Source: Patescibacteria group bacterium (GTDB taxonomy: Bacteria > Patescibacteriota > Patescibacteriia > Buchananbacterales > UBA6539). From it: a stretch of 49,571 nucleotides of DNA. The notes beneath the pieces are model-generated. The model did no database searches and had not been told where the DNA came from. It was given only the letters and a program-made list of their open reading frames with translations. Made by a program: the position numbers and the translations under genes. Every line of letters starts with the position of its first letter. Within the stretch, counting starts at the first letter, position 1. Below, in pieces: positions 36,239-44,071 of this stretch. The stretch covers positions 1-49,571 of the forward strand of contig JBAZSB010000001.1 in NCBI GenBank assembly GCA_041662625.1, in the 5' to 3' direction.

Positions 36239-36305
36239 TGTCATGCCGAACTTGTTTCGGCATCTCATTAAATTAACCAGATCCTGAAACAAGTTCAGGA
36301 TGACA
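36239..36305. repeat. Two-hairpin intergenic element, copy 2 (TGTCATGCCGAA ... TTCAGGATGACAA)
   Basis: Hairpins atgccgaacttgtttcggcat and atcctgaaacaagttcaggat. Same termini as copy 1. Confidence 0.6.
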
Positions 36306-36317
36306 AGTGGGGAGAAT

Positions 36318-36836
36318 ATGTTTCTAACCATTCTTGATCTCATTTTGCTCCTTATTTTGTTTTTATTCATTGCCTTTGGTTTTGCTATGGGGTTGGTTCA
36401 AGCAATCGGCGCTTTGGTCGGCGTAGTTGTCGGTGCCTGGCTGGCCGGTCAGTGGTATGAGCCAGTCAGTGGCTGGCTGACGCCAATTTTACTTGGCCAT
36501 GCCGTAACGGCAAAAATCATCGCCTTTATTTTAGTTTTTACTTTGGCCAACCGTTTGATTGGTCTGGTATTTTGGTTTATCAATAAAATTTTTAATCTCA
36601 TTTCGATTATTCCTTTTACTAAAAGCATCAACCGGCTGCTCGGTGCTATCCTTGGCTTGCTGGAAGGAACGCTATCTTTAGGCATAATTTTATACTTTGC
36701 CTCACAAATTACAATTTCGGACTGGTGGCTTGGTATTATCAATGGCTCGCAGGTCGCCTCGTTGCTCATAACCGTAGCTGGAATTTTAACCCCGCTTTTG
36801 CCGGAGATTTTAAGGCAGGTTAAGGCAGTAATGTAG
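36318..36836 (+). CDS. cvpA: CvpA-family membrane protein
   Basis: 172 aa with four TM helices and the typical N-terminus FLTILDLILLLILFLF. ATG at 36318 follows ggggaga. Confidence 0.75.
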   Translation: MFLTILDLILLLILFLFIAFGFAMGLVQAIGALVGVVVGAWLAGQWYEPVSGWLTPILLGHAVTAKIIAFILVFTLANRLIGLVFWFINKIFNLISIIPFTKSINRLLGAILGLLEGTLSLGIILYFASQITISDWWLGIINGSQVASLLITVAGILTPLLPEILRQVKAVM

Positions 36837-36959
36837 AATTTCTAATTTCTAATACCTAAGCTCTAATCAATGTCTAATTCACAATGCCTAATGTCTAAAA
36901 ATTTAGTCATTGGTTATTGGGATTTTATTAGACATTAGAAATCAGTAATTAGAAATTTT
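36835..36959. repeat. Long imperfect hairpin H4 (ctaat/attag word family)
   Basis: aatttctaatttctaat pairs with attagaaat..attagaaatt. aatgtctaat pairs with attagacatt. Confidence 0.6.
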
Positions 36960-37787
36960 ATGTTGATTGATTCTCACGCTCATCTAAATTTTGAAGATTT
37001 TGCTAATGACTGGCAAACAGTGATTGCAGATTGTCAAAAAAAAGGTGTTTGGCTGATCAACGTTGGTTCGCAGCTTGGCACCAGCCGAAAAGCCATAGCA
37101 ATCGCTAACCAGTATGAAAAGGGAGTTTATGCGGCTTGCGGTCTTCATCCGATTCATGTTTCGGGCAGCACTTTTCACCCCGAAGCTTTCAATATTGATG
37201 AATATCGGAGTTTAATTAAGAGTTCAAAAAAAGTTGTAGCCCTTGGTGAAACCGGACTTGATTTTTTTCATTCAGACAAAAATATTGAAAATCAAAAAAA
37301 AGTTTTTGCCAAACATTTGAATTTAGCTCAAGAGTTTGGTTTGCCCGTAATTGTTCATGCCCGGAATAGTCAGGATGGGAGAAAAGATGCTTATGAAGAG
37401 ATTTTGAAAGTGCTCAGAGCTCCGAGCTCAGAGCTCCGAGCTCAGGGCACTGAGCTTAAAGGAGTGATTCATTGCTTCGGCGGTACATTGGAACAAGCCA
37501 AGGCATTTTTAGACCTTGGTTTTTATATTGGCTTTACCGGAGTGATTACCTTTCCGAAGACGGAAAATTTGGCCGTAGTCGTGAAATCTTTGCCCCTAAA
37601 TAAAATTTTGGTGGAAACCGACAGTCCCTATTTAGCCCCCTCTCCTTACCGCGGCCAGCGCAACCGGCCGGAATATGTCGAATTGGTAGCCCGGGAAATT
37701 GCTAAAATTAGAGGCTTAGAGTATAATGAAATTGAAAACCAAACTTTCAAAAACGCAATTAAATTATTTACCCCGTTAGAAATATAA
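36960..37787 (+). CDS. tatD: TatD-family metal-dependent hydrolase
   Basis: IDSHAHL, GETGLDF and VETDSPYL motifs. Carries an in-frame GC-rich 14-nt x3 repeat insertion at 37413-37454. Confidence 0.9.
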   Translation: MLIDSHAHLNFEDFANDWQTVIADCQKKGVWLINVGSQLGTSRKAIAIANQYEKGVYAACGLHPIHVSGSTFHPEAFNIDEYRSLIKSSKKVVALGETGLDFFHSDKNIENQKKVFAKHLNLAQEFGLPVIVHARNSQDGRKDAYEEILKVLRAPSSELRAQGTELKGVIHCFGGTLEQAKAFLDLGFYIGFTGVITFPKTENLAVVVKSLPLNKILVETDSPYLAPSPYRGQRNRPEYVELVAREIAKIRGLEYNEIENQTFKNAIKLFTPLEI

Positions 37788-37868
37788 CTAACTTTGTTAA
37801 TTAGTTATATTTCAACTAGAAAGTTAATATAGAGCATCTAAATAATTAATCAATAATTTCTAACGGGG
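37771..37868. repeat. Inverted-repeat element (CCCCGTTAGAAAT ... ATTTCTAACGGGG)
   Basis: 13-bp perfect inverted repeats at 37771-37783 (overlapping the tatD stop) and 37856-37868. Confidence 0.6.
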
Positions 37869-37884
37869 TTTAACACCAATAATT

Positions 37885-38004
37885 ATGCCTCATCTGGATG
37901 ATGATTGCCCTTGCGGTTCGGGTAAGCCCTATGGCGAATGTTGTGGGGCGGCCGAACCATGCGACTGCGGATCAGGCAAACCGGCTGGCGAGTGCTGTTA
38001 CTAG
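37885..38004 (+). CDS. 39-aa mini-protein made of two SEC-C-like metal-binding motifs (not in the ORF track)
   Basis: MPHLDDDCPCGSGKPYGECCGAAEPCDCGSGKPAGECCY*. GC-rich codons in an AT-rich context. No convincing SD. Confidence 0.5.
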   Translation: MPHLDDDCPCGSGKPYGECCGAAEPCDCGSGKPAGECCY

Positions 38005-38122
38005 TTTATAGAGAAAGCCTGCTTTCAGGCAGGACAAACCTAGTATAAAAAAACTCTAATCAGTGGAATTTAGAGATATTTATTTTTACTTAGCTTTTTC
38101 GGCTAGGTTTTTATTTTTTTGT

Positions 38123-38151
38123 TTGACAAATATTTTTAATTATTATTAAAT
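38123..38151 (+). promoter_or_regulatory. Putative promoter of the zinc-ribbon mini-operon
   Basis: TTGACA-aatatttttaattatta(17)-TTAAAT. Confidence 0.45.
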
Positions 38152-38189
38152 TACAGTTAGGTTAGTGTTTAACAGGTGGAGGAAAAACC

Positions 38190-38342
38190 ATGCCAAACCG
38201 AGAAACACTGGAACAGCAGGCGGCAATTCGGCGGTCTACTGATCAGCAGTCTGCTGTCTGTCGGGCGTGCGGCCAACTATGCGGCGGCAACTCCGAGAAG
38301 AATCCTCATACGCCGTGCCCTCTGTGCGGTCACAGGAGTTAA
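38190..38342 (+). CDS. 50-aa zinc-ribbon-like protein (not in the ORF track)
   Basis: ATG behind aggtggagga. Sequence ...CRACGQLCGG...CPLCGH. Preferred over the overlapping listed frame 38176..38373. Confidence 0.5.
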   Translation: MPNRETLEQQAAIRRSTDQQSAVCRACGQLCGGNSEKNPHTPCPLCGHRS

Positions 38343-38378
38343 GAAGGATTCAAACCCCATTGAGGGGAGGTGAAAGAA

Positions 38379-38612
38379 TTGGGAGAAGACGGCATTAATG
38401 CTGTTTTGGCGAATGCCAAGCCAGGCGCTTCGGTCCGGGTTGGCCGGAAAGGTTTGCAAGGCGGTGAAGTAGTTACCACCTTGAAGATCAATTCGATCGT
38501 CCGTGACGAAGGTGGCGACCCGGCAATCGTCAAACTTGAAGGAGGAGGTGTGCTCTTCATCGTCGGTGAGACCTGGTATTTCAGCGACCAGCCCGTCAGT
38601 TTGGTCGAGTGA
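38379..38612 (+). CDS. GC-rich hypothetical protein (~77 aa)
   Basis: TTG start 6 nt after ggaggtg (alternative GTG at 38370). Follows the zinc-ribbon ORF by 36 nt. Confidence 0.5.
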   Translation: MGEDGINAVLANAKPGASVRVGRKGLQGGEVVTTLKINSIVRDEGGDPAIVKLEGGGVLFIVGETWYFSDQPVSLVE

Positions 38613-38636
38613 CAATACCGGGTGTTGTCCAGTTTA

Positions 38637-38674
38637 AGCGGGTAGGCCTTGATTGGCTTATCCCGTCTTTTTTT
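38637..38674 (+). terminator. Terminator of the zinc-ribbon mini-operon
   Basis: gcgggtaggcc...ggcttatcccgtc imperfect hairpin followed by T7. Confidence 0.55.
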
Positions 38675-38726
38675 ACTACCGAAAAACTGGTGTCAGGCCG
38701 GCAATTTTAAGGGGCCGCCCCCAGAC

Positions 38727-38755
38727 TTGAAGAAATTTCTTTTTTATAATATAAT
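38727..38755 (+). promoter_or_regulatory. Putative hppA promoter
   Basis: TTGAAG, 17 nt, TATAAT. Confidence 0.5.
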
Positions 38756-38797
38756 CATTATTGTAATAATTAATCTTATTAACTAAATTTACAAACT

Positions 38798-40837
38798 ATG
38801 TTTCTGCTAGTAATTGTAATCAGCCTCTTGTCGTTGGTGGTTGCCTATCTTTTAGCTCAGCAAATTTTAAAGAAAGATCAAGGTAGCCCTCAGATGCAAG
38901 AGATCGCGGCGGCCATTAAAGAAGGAGCGATGGCTTTTTTAAAACGGCAATATGGGACAATTACAACTTTGTCCCTCGTTTTAGCTTTGTTAATTTTTGC
39001 CATTTACGCTTTTTCCGGCAAATTTTCTTATGGCTGGCACACCGGCTTAGCCTTTTTATTAGGGGCGGCTTGTTCCGCTATTTCCGGCTACGTCGGCATG
39101 TATATTTCGGTCCGAGCCAATTTACGGACAGCGGCCGCTGTGGGCAAAAGCCTGAATGAGGCGTTGAAAATCTCTTTGCGTGGCGGTGCGGTTTCAGGTT
39201 TTTTGGTTGTAGCTTTATCACTTTTGGGTGTGGCCGGACTTTTTTATTTATTTGGCGGCCTGAAAAATCCGATGGAAGCGCCGCTTCTAATGGTTGGTTT
39301 TGGTTTTGGCGCTTCGTTTGTCGCGCTCTTTGCCCAGCTGGGCGGCGGAATTTATACCAAAGCCGCTGATGTCGGCGCGGACTTGGTCGGTAAAGTGGAA
39401 GCCGGCATTCCCGAAGATGACCCGAGAAATCCGGCCGTGATCGCTGATTTAGTCGGCGATAACGTCGGTGACTGTGCTGGCCGTGGTGCCGATTTGTTTG
39501 AATCAACAGCGGCGGAAAATATCGGGGCAATGATTTTAGGCATTGCTTTATTTCCCGTTTTTGGAATTAATGGTATTATTTTTCCCCTCGTTGCCCGGGC
39601 TTTCGGTTTAGTCGCTTCGGTTATCGGCGTGATGTCGGTAAAAATCAAAGAAGATGAAGACCCGATGAAAGGTTTAAACCGAGGTTATTTTTTAACTACG
39701 ATTTTGGCTACTTTAGGTTTTGCTTTGGCTTCTTATCTTTTGTTAACCCAATTTTGGGTCTGGTTTTTTCTGGCCGGTTTCGTTGGTATTTTGACTAGTG
39801 TTGCCTTTGTTTATATCACTCAATATTACACGGAATACAAATATCGGCCGGTTAAAGAAATTGCCAAGGCATCCGAAACTGGTGCGGCAACTAACATCAT
39901 CAGCGGGTTTGCGGTTGGTTTGGAAAGTACCGGTCTGCCGGTTTTGGTGATTTCCGCCGCCTTACTGGGCGCTTACTTTCTGGGCAAATTTTCCGGTGTG
40001 CCAGATGGCGGTTTGTATGGGACAGCGATGGCGACCATGGGCATGTTGGCGACTTGCGCTTTTATTTTAGCGATGGATACTTTTGGTCCGATCACTGATA
40101 ATGCCGGCGGCATTGTTGAAATGTCCAAATCTCCCGAAGAAGTTCGGAAAAAAACTGATCGCTTGGATTCAGTGGGCAATACCACCAAAGCTTTGACCAA
40201 AGGTTATGCGGTTGGCTCGGCAGCCTTGGCGGCATTCTTACTTTTTTCTGCCTATCTGCAGGAAGTTAAATTAGAAAGTATTGACTTGGCTAAACCGGTA
40301 GTATTTGTCGGCGGTTTAATTGGTGCGGGGTTGATTTTCTTCTTTTCCGCTTTGGCCATTCGGGCAGTGGGCCGGGCAGCTTACTATATTATTAATGATG
40401 TCCGGGCGCAGTTCAAAGAAAAGCCGGGGATTATGGCCGGGACGGAAAAACCAGATTATGCCCGGTCAGTTGATATCTGCACCCGCGGTGCTTTAAAGGA
40501 AATGATTTTACCAGGCTTAACTGCCATAATTGTGCCAACCGCGGTGGGGATTTTGCTGGGTGTTGAAGCAGTCGGCGCGACTTTGATGGTTGGTACCATT
40601 GTTGGTATCGTCATGGCTTTACTTTTGAATAATGGTGGTGGCGCCTGGGATAACGCCAAAAAATACATTGAGACCGGCGCTTATGGCGGCAAAGGTTCAG
40701 CCACTCATAAAGCAGCGGTGGTTGGTGATACGGTCGGCGATCCATTCAAAGACACGGCTGGTCCGTCACTTCATGTGTTGATTAAATTACTTTCGACTCT
40801 TACCTTAGTATTAGCTTCGTTATTCTTGATGTTCTAA
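38798..40837 (+). CDS. hppA: Membrane-integral ion-translocating pyrophosphatase
   Basis: 679 aa, polytopic. GGIYTKAADVGADLVGK, DNVGDCAGRGADLFES, DNAGGI and GDTVGDPFKDT motifs. Confidence 0.95.
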   Translation: MFLLVIVISLLSLVVAYLLAQQILKKDQGSPQMQEIAAAIKEGAMAFLKRQYGTITTLSLVLALLIFAIYAFSGKFSYGWHTGLAFLLGAACSAISGYVGMYISVRANLRTAAAVGKSLNEALKISLRGGAVSGFLVVALSLLGVAGLFYLFGGLKNPMEAPLLMVGFGFGASFVALFAQLGGGIYTKAADVGADLVGKVEAGIPEDDPRNPAVIADLVGDNVGDCAGRGADLFESTAAENIGAMILGIALFPVFGINGIIFPLVARAFGLVASVIGVMSVKIKEDEDPMKGLNRGYFLTTILATLGFALASYLLLTQFWVWFFLAGFVGILTSVAFVYITQYYTEYKYRPVKEIAKASETGAATNIISGFAVGLESTGLPVLVISAALLGAYFLGKFSGVPDGGLYGTAMATMGMLATCAFILAMDTFGPITDNAGGIVEMSKSPEEVRKKTDRLDSVGNTTKALTKGYAVGSAALAAFLLFSAYLQEVKLESIDLAKPVVFVGGLIGAGLIFFFSALAIRAVGRAAYYIINDVRAQFKEKPGIMAGTEKPDYARSVDICTRGALKEMILPGLTAIIVPTAVGILLGVEAVGATLMVGTIVGIVMALLLNNGGGAWDNAKKYIETGAYGGKGSATHKAAVVGDTVGDPFKDTAGPSLHVLIKLLSTLTLVLASLFLMF

Positions 40838-40927
40838 AGTCAAGAAATCAAAAAATCAAGAAAGCAAGTCAAAAAATCAAGGCGAAGTCCAGCTTTGATT
40901 TTTTGTTTTTTTGATTTTTTGATAATG

Positions 40928-40956
40928 TTGACTTTGGCCCTTATAATCATTAAGAT
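40928..40956 (+). promoter_or_regulatory. Putative promoter of the PRT/OMPdc-like operon
   Basis: TTGACT-ttggcccttataatcat(17)-TAAGAT, followed by a ~190-nt leader. Confidence 0.5.
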
Positions 40957-41155
40957 ATAAGCAAGAAAGTGGAGGGGCGTTCCTTTCACTGTTTTTTGAT
41001 GAACCCTTTGACATTCGACAACTTGACAGCCCGTGCTGTCAAACCGGTGCCAAGGAGTGTTGTGGACTCGTCGTCTGCCCAGTGGGCGGACCCCATGATG
41101 GTCGTCAAAAGAAACGACACCAACGGCCATAGAGGCCAAGGTAAAGGAGACGAGT

Positions 41156-41911
41156 ATGAATGCAGGAAGAATCTTGACGTTAGGTGAAGTCAGCAAACGA
41201 TTGGGTCCGCGAGGAGCAATCCTTACCAATGACCACATCGTGCTGACGCCGAAACCCCAAGGGCATTTCCATGCCCGGGGGTATTTTGCCAAGGACGCAG
41301 TTCTGTCCGATGCAGCCAGCGCGCTGGCCATTGCCGATGAAATTGCGGCCCGCTTTGAAAACGATGGCATCCAAGCCGTCGTTGGACCGACCGTTGCTGG
41401 TGTCAGTATTGCGGCCTTAGTGGCAACGCAGCTTTATCTGCGAACCGGTGATGACACCATCAACTGGGGCTATGCCGAAGAAACCGAGGACGAAATCGAG
41501 GTGTGTCGTGTTATCGACGACGTGCTCCAGGACAGGCGCGAGAAGCTGCTTTTGCCCAACAAGGCGATCCGCGTGATCCGGCGTGGTCTGCCCGCGTACT
41601 TCAATGGCATGCGAACGCTGGTGGTTGAGGATGTTTTCTCAAGCGGCGGGTCGGCCAAAGTCACGATGATTGCGGCCGAGCAGGTCGGGGCCATCATCGT
41701 TGGTATGGCCGTCATCTGCAACCGCAGTGGGCTGACGGCGACCGATTTCGGCGTGCCGAAACTGGAAGTACTGTTCAACATTCCGATGGAAATGTTTCCG
41801 GAGGAAACCTGTCAGTTGTGTGCTGACTTGGTGCCGATCAACATGACGGTTGGGCATGGGGCGAAGTTCTTCGCCCGCTGTCCCGACAGCAAAGTGCCGA
41901 GGAAAGAGTAG
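41156..41911 (+). CDS. Type I phosphoribosyltransferase (orotate PRTase-like), GC-rich
   Basis: 251 aa with PRPP-binding loop TLVVEDVFSSGGS. SD aaaggaga. Confidence 0.75.
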   Translation: MNAGRILTLGEVSKRLGPRGAILTNDHIVLTPKPQGHFHARGYFAKDAVLSDAASALAIADEIAARFENDGIQAVVGPTVAGVSIAALVATQLYLRTGDDTINWGYAEETEDEIEVCRVIDDVLQDRREKLLLPNKAIRVIRRGLPAYFNGMRTLVVEDVFSSGGSAKVTMIAAEQVGAIIVGMAVICNRSGLTATDFGVPKLEVLFNIPMEMFPEETCQLCADLVPINMTVGHGAKFFARCPDSKVPRKE

Positions 41912-41956
41912 AGGAAGGGGAAACGATCCCCACAACGAATAGAGGAGAAGATCAGA

Positions 41957-43150
41957 ATGACATACGACAGGACACAGAATGCAGGCGTACGCCTGCTGAA
42001 AGCGCAGAAAGCGCAGCGAACCAACCTGTGTGTTGGGTTGGACGTGCACATTACTCCCAAGGTCGGGCTCGGTGCGGACTTTTATCATCAGTTCGCCAAG
42101 CCCGATACGCAAGAACAGTTTCGGCAGATACTCGCGCTGGCGGCGAATTTCGGGTTAGCAGTCCCTTCACCGTCCGGAGACTCGCAGGAAAAGTTACTCT
42201 CCGGCATCATGGAGTACTTCCTGCAGATCATCCGTTTCTCGTTCAAGCACCAGATCTTTGTCTACAAGCCGCAGGCCTCGTTCTACGATCGCCTTGGCTT
42301 CGCGGGCAGCTTGATTCTGCACCGGCTTGGGCGGGAAATTCACGAGCAAGGCCAAGCTCTTGGCGTGCCGTACTTCGCGGGTTTGGATAAGAAATGCGGC
42401 GACATCATGACTACCCAGGAGCCATTCTATGAGGCTTTCCTGAACGGTCTGGGTGAAGAAAGCGTCCCTGGTTTGCCCGGTCAATACGGGTTCGATACAA
42501 TGACGATCACGACCTACATGGGTCGGGAAGTCATTGAACCCGGTCTGGCCTGGTACAAGAACGGCAAGGGCGCGATCGTGGTCACCCTTTCGAGCAATCC
42601 GTCCGGCACGGAGATACAGGACGCATTGGCAACCCCGAATCCGGGCCGCCAGCTCACGGAAAAGCAGGAACCGTATCGGTTATCGGCCGAAACCGTTGCT
42701 TCCATCGAACAGAAGCTTGGCCGGCCGCCAACTGTCGCGGAACTGATGCTTGACATCACCGAGCGGGTCAGTGCGACCAGTGGTATCAACGATGCGGCAA
42801 CTGGCATCAGCCCGTTGTTCAGCGTTGTGGGCAGCACGGTCAAAGAGCCAGGTGCTTTCCGCTTATTGCGGCCGCGCGGTATCGCATTGGTGCCGGCTTT
42901 CGGCGCTCAGGGTGGCAAATTCGCCTACATGATGCCGATACTTGCGCATGACGACGACGAAGAAATGGCGGGCCAGGGTGCGATCTGCTCCTCGTCGCGA
43001 GGCCATGACTTCGCATTTCAGCCGGAAAACGGCGGTGACGGCAATCCGCTGAATATCGAGGGCAACCTTGTCCGCGCCATTGAGGCGTTTCGTCACAGCG
43101 AGAAGGCAGCTTACGAAGAGGTTCACATCCACTACCCGTATGCTGCCTAG
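41957..43150 (+). CDS. Orotidine-5'-phosphate decarboxylase-family protein, unusually long (397 aa), GC-rich
   Basis: NLCVGLDVH and LDKKCGDIMTT resemble the type 2 OMPdc Asp/Lys motifs. Starts 45 nt after the PRT gene with SD agaggaga. Confidence 0.65.
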   Translation: MTYDRTQNAGVRLLKAQKAQRTNLCVGLDVHITPKVGLGADFYHQFAKPDTQEQFRQILALAANFGLAVPSPSGDSQEKLLSGIMEYFLQIIRFSFKHQIFVYKPQASFYDRLGFAGSLILHRLGREIHEQGQALGVPYFAGLDKKCGDIMTTQEPFYEAFLNGLGEESVPGLPGQYGFDTMTITTYMGREVIEPGLAWYKNGKGAIVVTLSSNPSGTEIQDALATPNPGRQLTEKQEPYRLSAETVASIEQKLGRPPTVAELMLDITERVSATSGINDAATGISPLFSVVGSTVKEPGAFRLLRPRGIALVPAFGAQGGKFAYMMPILAHDDDEEMAGQGAICSSSRGHDFAFQPENGGDGNPLNIEGNLVRAIEAFRHSEKAAYEEVHIHYPYAA

Positions 43151-43192
43151 TCAGGCGGCTACACAACCGGAGGGAAACTAACGTAAGTAAAC

Positions 43193-43239
43193 AACCCCGT
43201 TTGGTATTCAAGGAGGAAGCCAGACGGGGCTCTTTTTTT
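43193..43239 (+). terminator. Terminator of the PRT/OMPdc-like operon
   Basis: ccccgt...acgggg stem followed by ctcttttttt. Confidence 0.7.
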
Positions 43240-43246
43240 ACATGAC

Positions 43247-43288
43247 GCGAATTACGCGAATGTATTCGTTTAATTCGCTCCTATTCGT
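43247..43288. promoter_or_regulatory. Operator-like palindrome built from GCGAAT/ATTCG units
   Basis: GCGAATTACGCGAAT-gt-ATTCGTTTAATTCGC (43247-43278) plus a third ATTCGT at 43283-43288, about 20 nt upstream of the -35. Confidence 0.45.
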
Positions 43289-43306
43289 GTAATTTGCATA
43301 AAGCCG

Positions 43307-43335
43307 TTGACAAAACCCCAAGCCTAATGTTAAGT
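43307..43335 (+). promoter_or_regulatory. Putative promoter of the 192-aa ORF
   Basis: TTGACA-aaaccccaagcctaatg(17)-TTAAGT. Confidence 0.45.
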
Positions 43336-43386
43336 TGAAATGCTCAAATGAACTGATGATGTACGGATGACAATAGGAGGAATACT

Positions 43387-43965
43387 ATGGCCAGACCAAC
43401 ACCAGACCAGGTGGCTTTTCTGCAAAGCCACGGCCTTGAGCCACCAAGAAGCGTTTGGAACTGTAAGCCAAACAAGTGGCTTTGTCAGCATCTTATTGCC
43501 TACTTCAAGCAAGGAAACGGTGCTACCCAAAAAGGAGCCGCCGAAACGCTAGAGGATCGGGTCGAGCTCTATGAAGCGGCTTTGCTGGAGTTTTTGCACT
43601 TGATCGTTGTACCAATAGTGCTTAAACCCAGGGGTATCCTTGTCGATGAAACCAATGGTCCGCTTGAGGTTTTAGGAATCGATCCTAAGTCACCGGGGTA
43701 CGTGGCCCGCCAGAAACAAGAAGCAAAGGAGGGTGATCCCGCAATCAGTCCATTCCACGTCACCATTGTGCCGGCCAATACCTTGATTAAAGAAGGGAAC
43801 GTCTACGGGGGAGACCTGGAAGACTACTGTGTTGCACCGCAGGGAATTATGACTGAAGGCCATTCGTTTTATCGTTTCGGCCAGGGGAGGGTTCATATTC
43901 CGGGCGAACCGGCTGAGCCGGTCAATTTCTTTCGACTGCTGGAGTTCGATGCTGGTCTGCTCTAA
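43387..43965 (+). CDS. GC-rich hypothetical protein, 192 aa
   Basis: SD aggagga 6 nt upstream of the ATG. Clean single long frame. No family recognised. Confidence 0.6.
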   Translation: MARPTPDQVAFLQSHGLEPPRSVWNCKPNKWLCQHLIAYFKQGNGATQKGAAETLEDRVELYEAALLEFLHLIVVPIVLKPRGILVDETNGPLEVLGIDPKSPGYVARQKQEAKEGDPAISPFHVTIVPANTLIKEGNVYGGDLEDYCVAPQGIMTEGHSFYRFGQGRVHIPGEPAEPVNFFRLLEFDAGLL

Positions 43966-43966
43966 T

Positions 43967-44026
43967 CCGCTTTCGGAACTTCGATGTTAGCTAATGACAT
44001 TCGAGGATCCGGGGGCGGTCTTTTTT
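43967..44026 (+). terminator. Long-hairpin terminator (ccgctttcggaact ... ggcggtctttttt)
   Basis: Its 5' arm and 3' end are nearly identical to the terminator at 46013-46054. Confidence 0.65.
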
Positions 44027-44071
44027 AATCCGATGCTAATAATGCCCGCTACGACTCGCGTAGCGAGGCGA

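Noticed and set aside
38277-38615. 112-aa minus-strand ORF and the 38176..38373 + ORF.
   Set aside because: No minus-strand signals are present. The + strand has promoter, SD and terminator organisation for the 50-aa and 77-aa frames instead.
40969-41187. 72-aa ORF in the leader of the PRT gene.
   Set aside because: It has a GTG start with no proper SD spacing, an odd composition, and overlaps the PRT start. It is kept only as an alternative explanation under the leader finding.
41639-43211. Antisense ORFs over the PRT and OMPdc-like genes (41639..42112 -, 42840..43211 - and others).
   Set aside because: Same reasoning: shadow ORFs with no SD or promoter, and the sense frames carry recognisable enzyme motifs.
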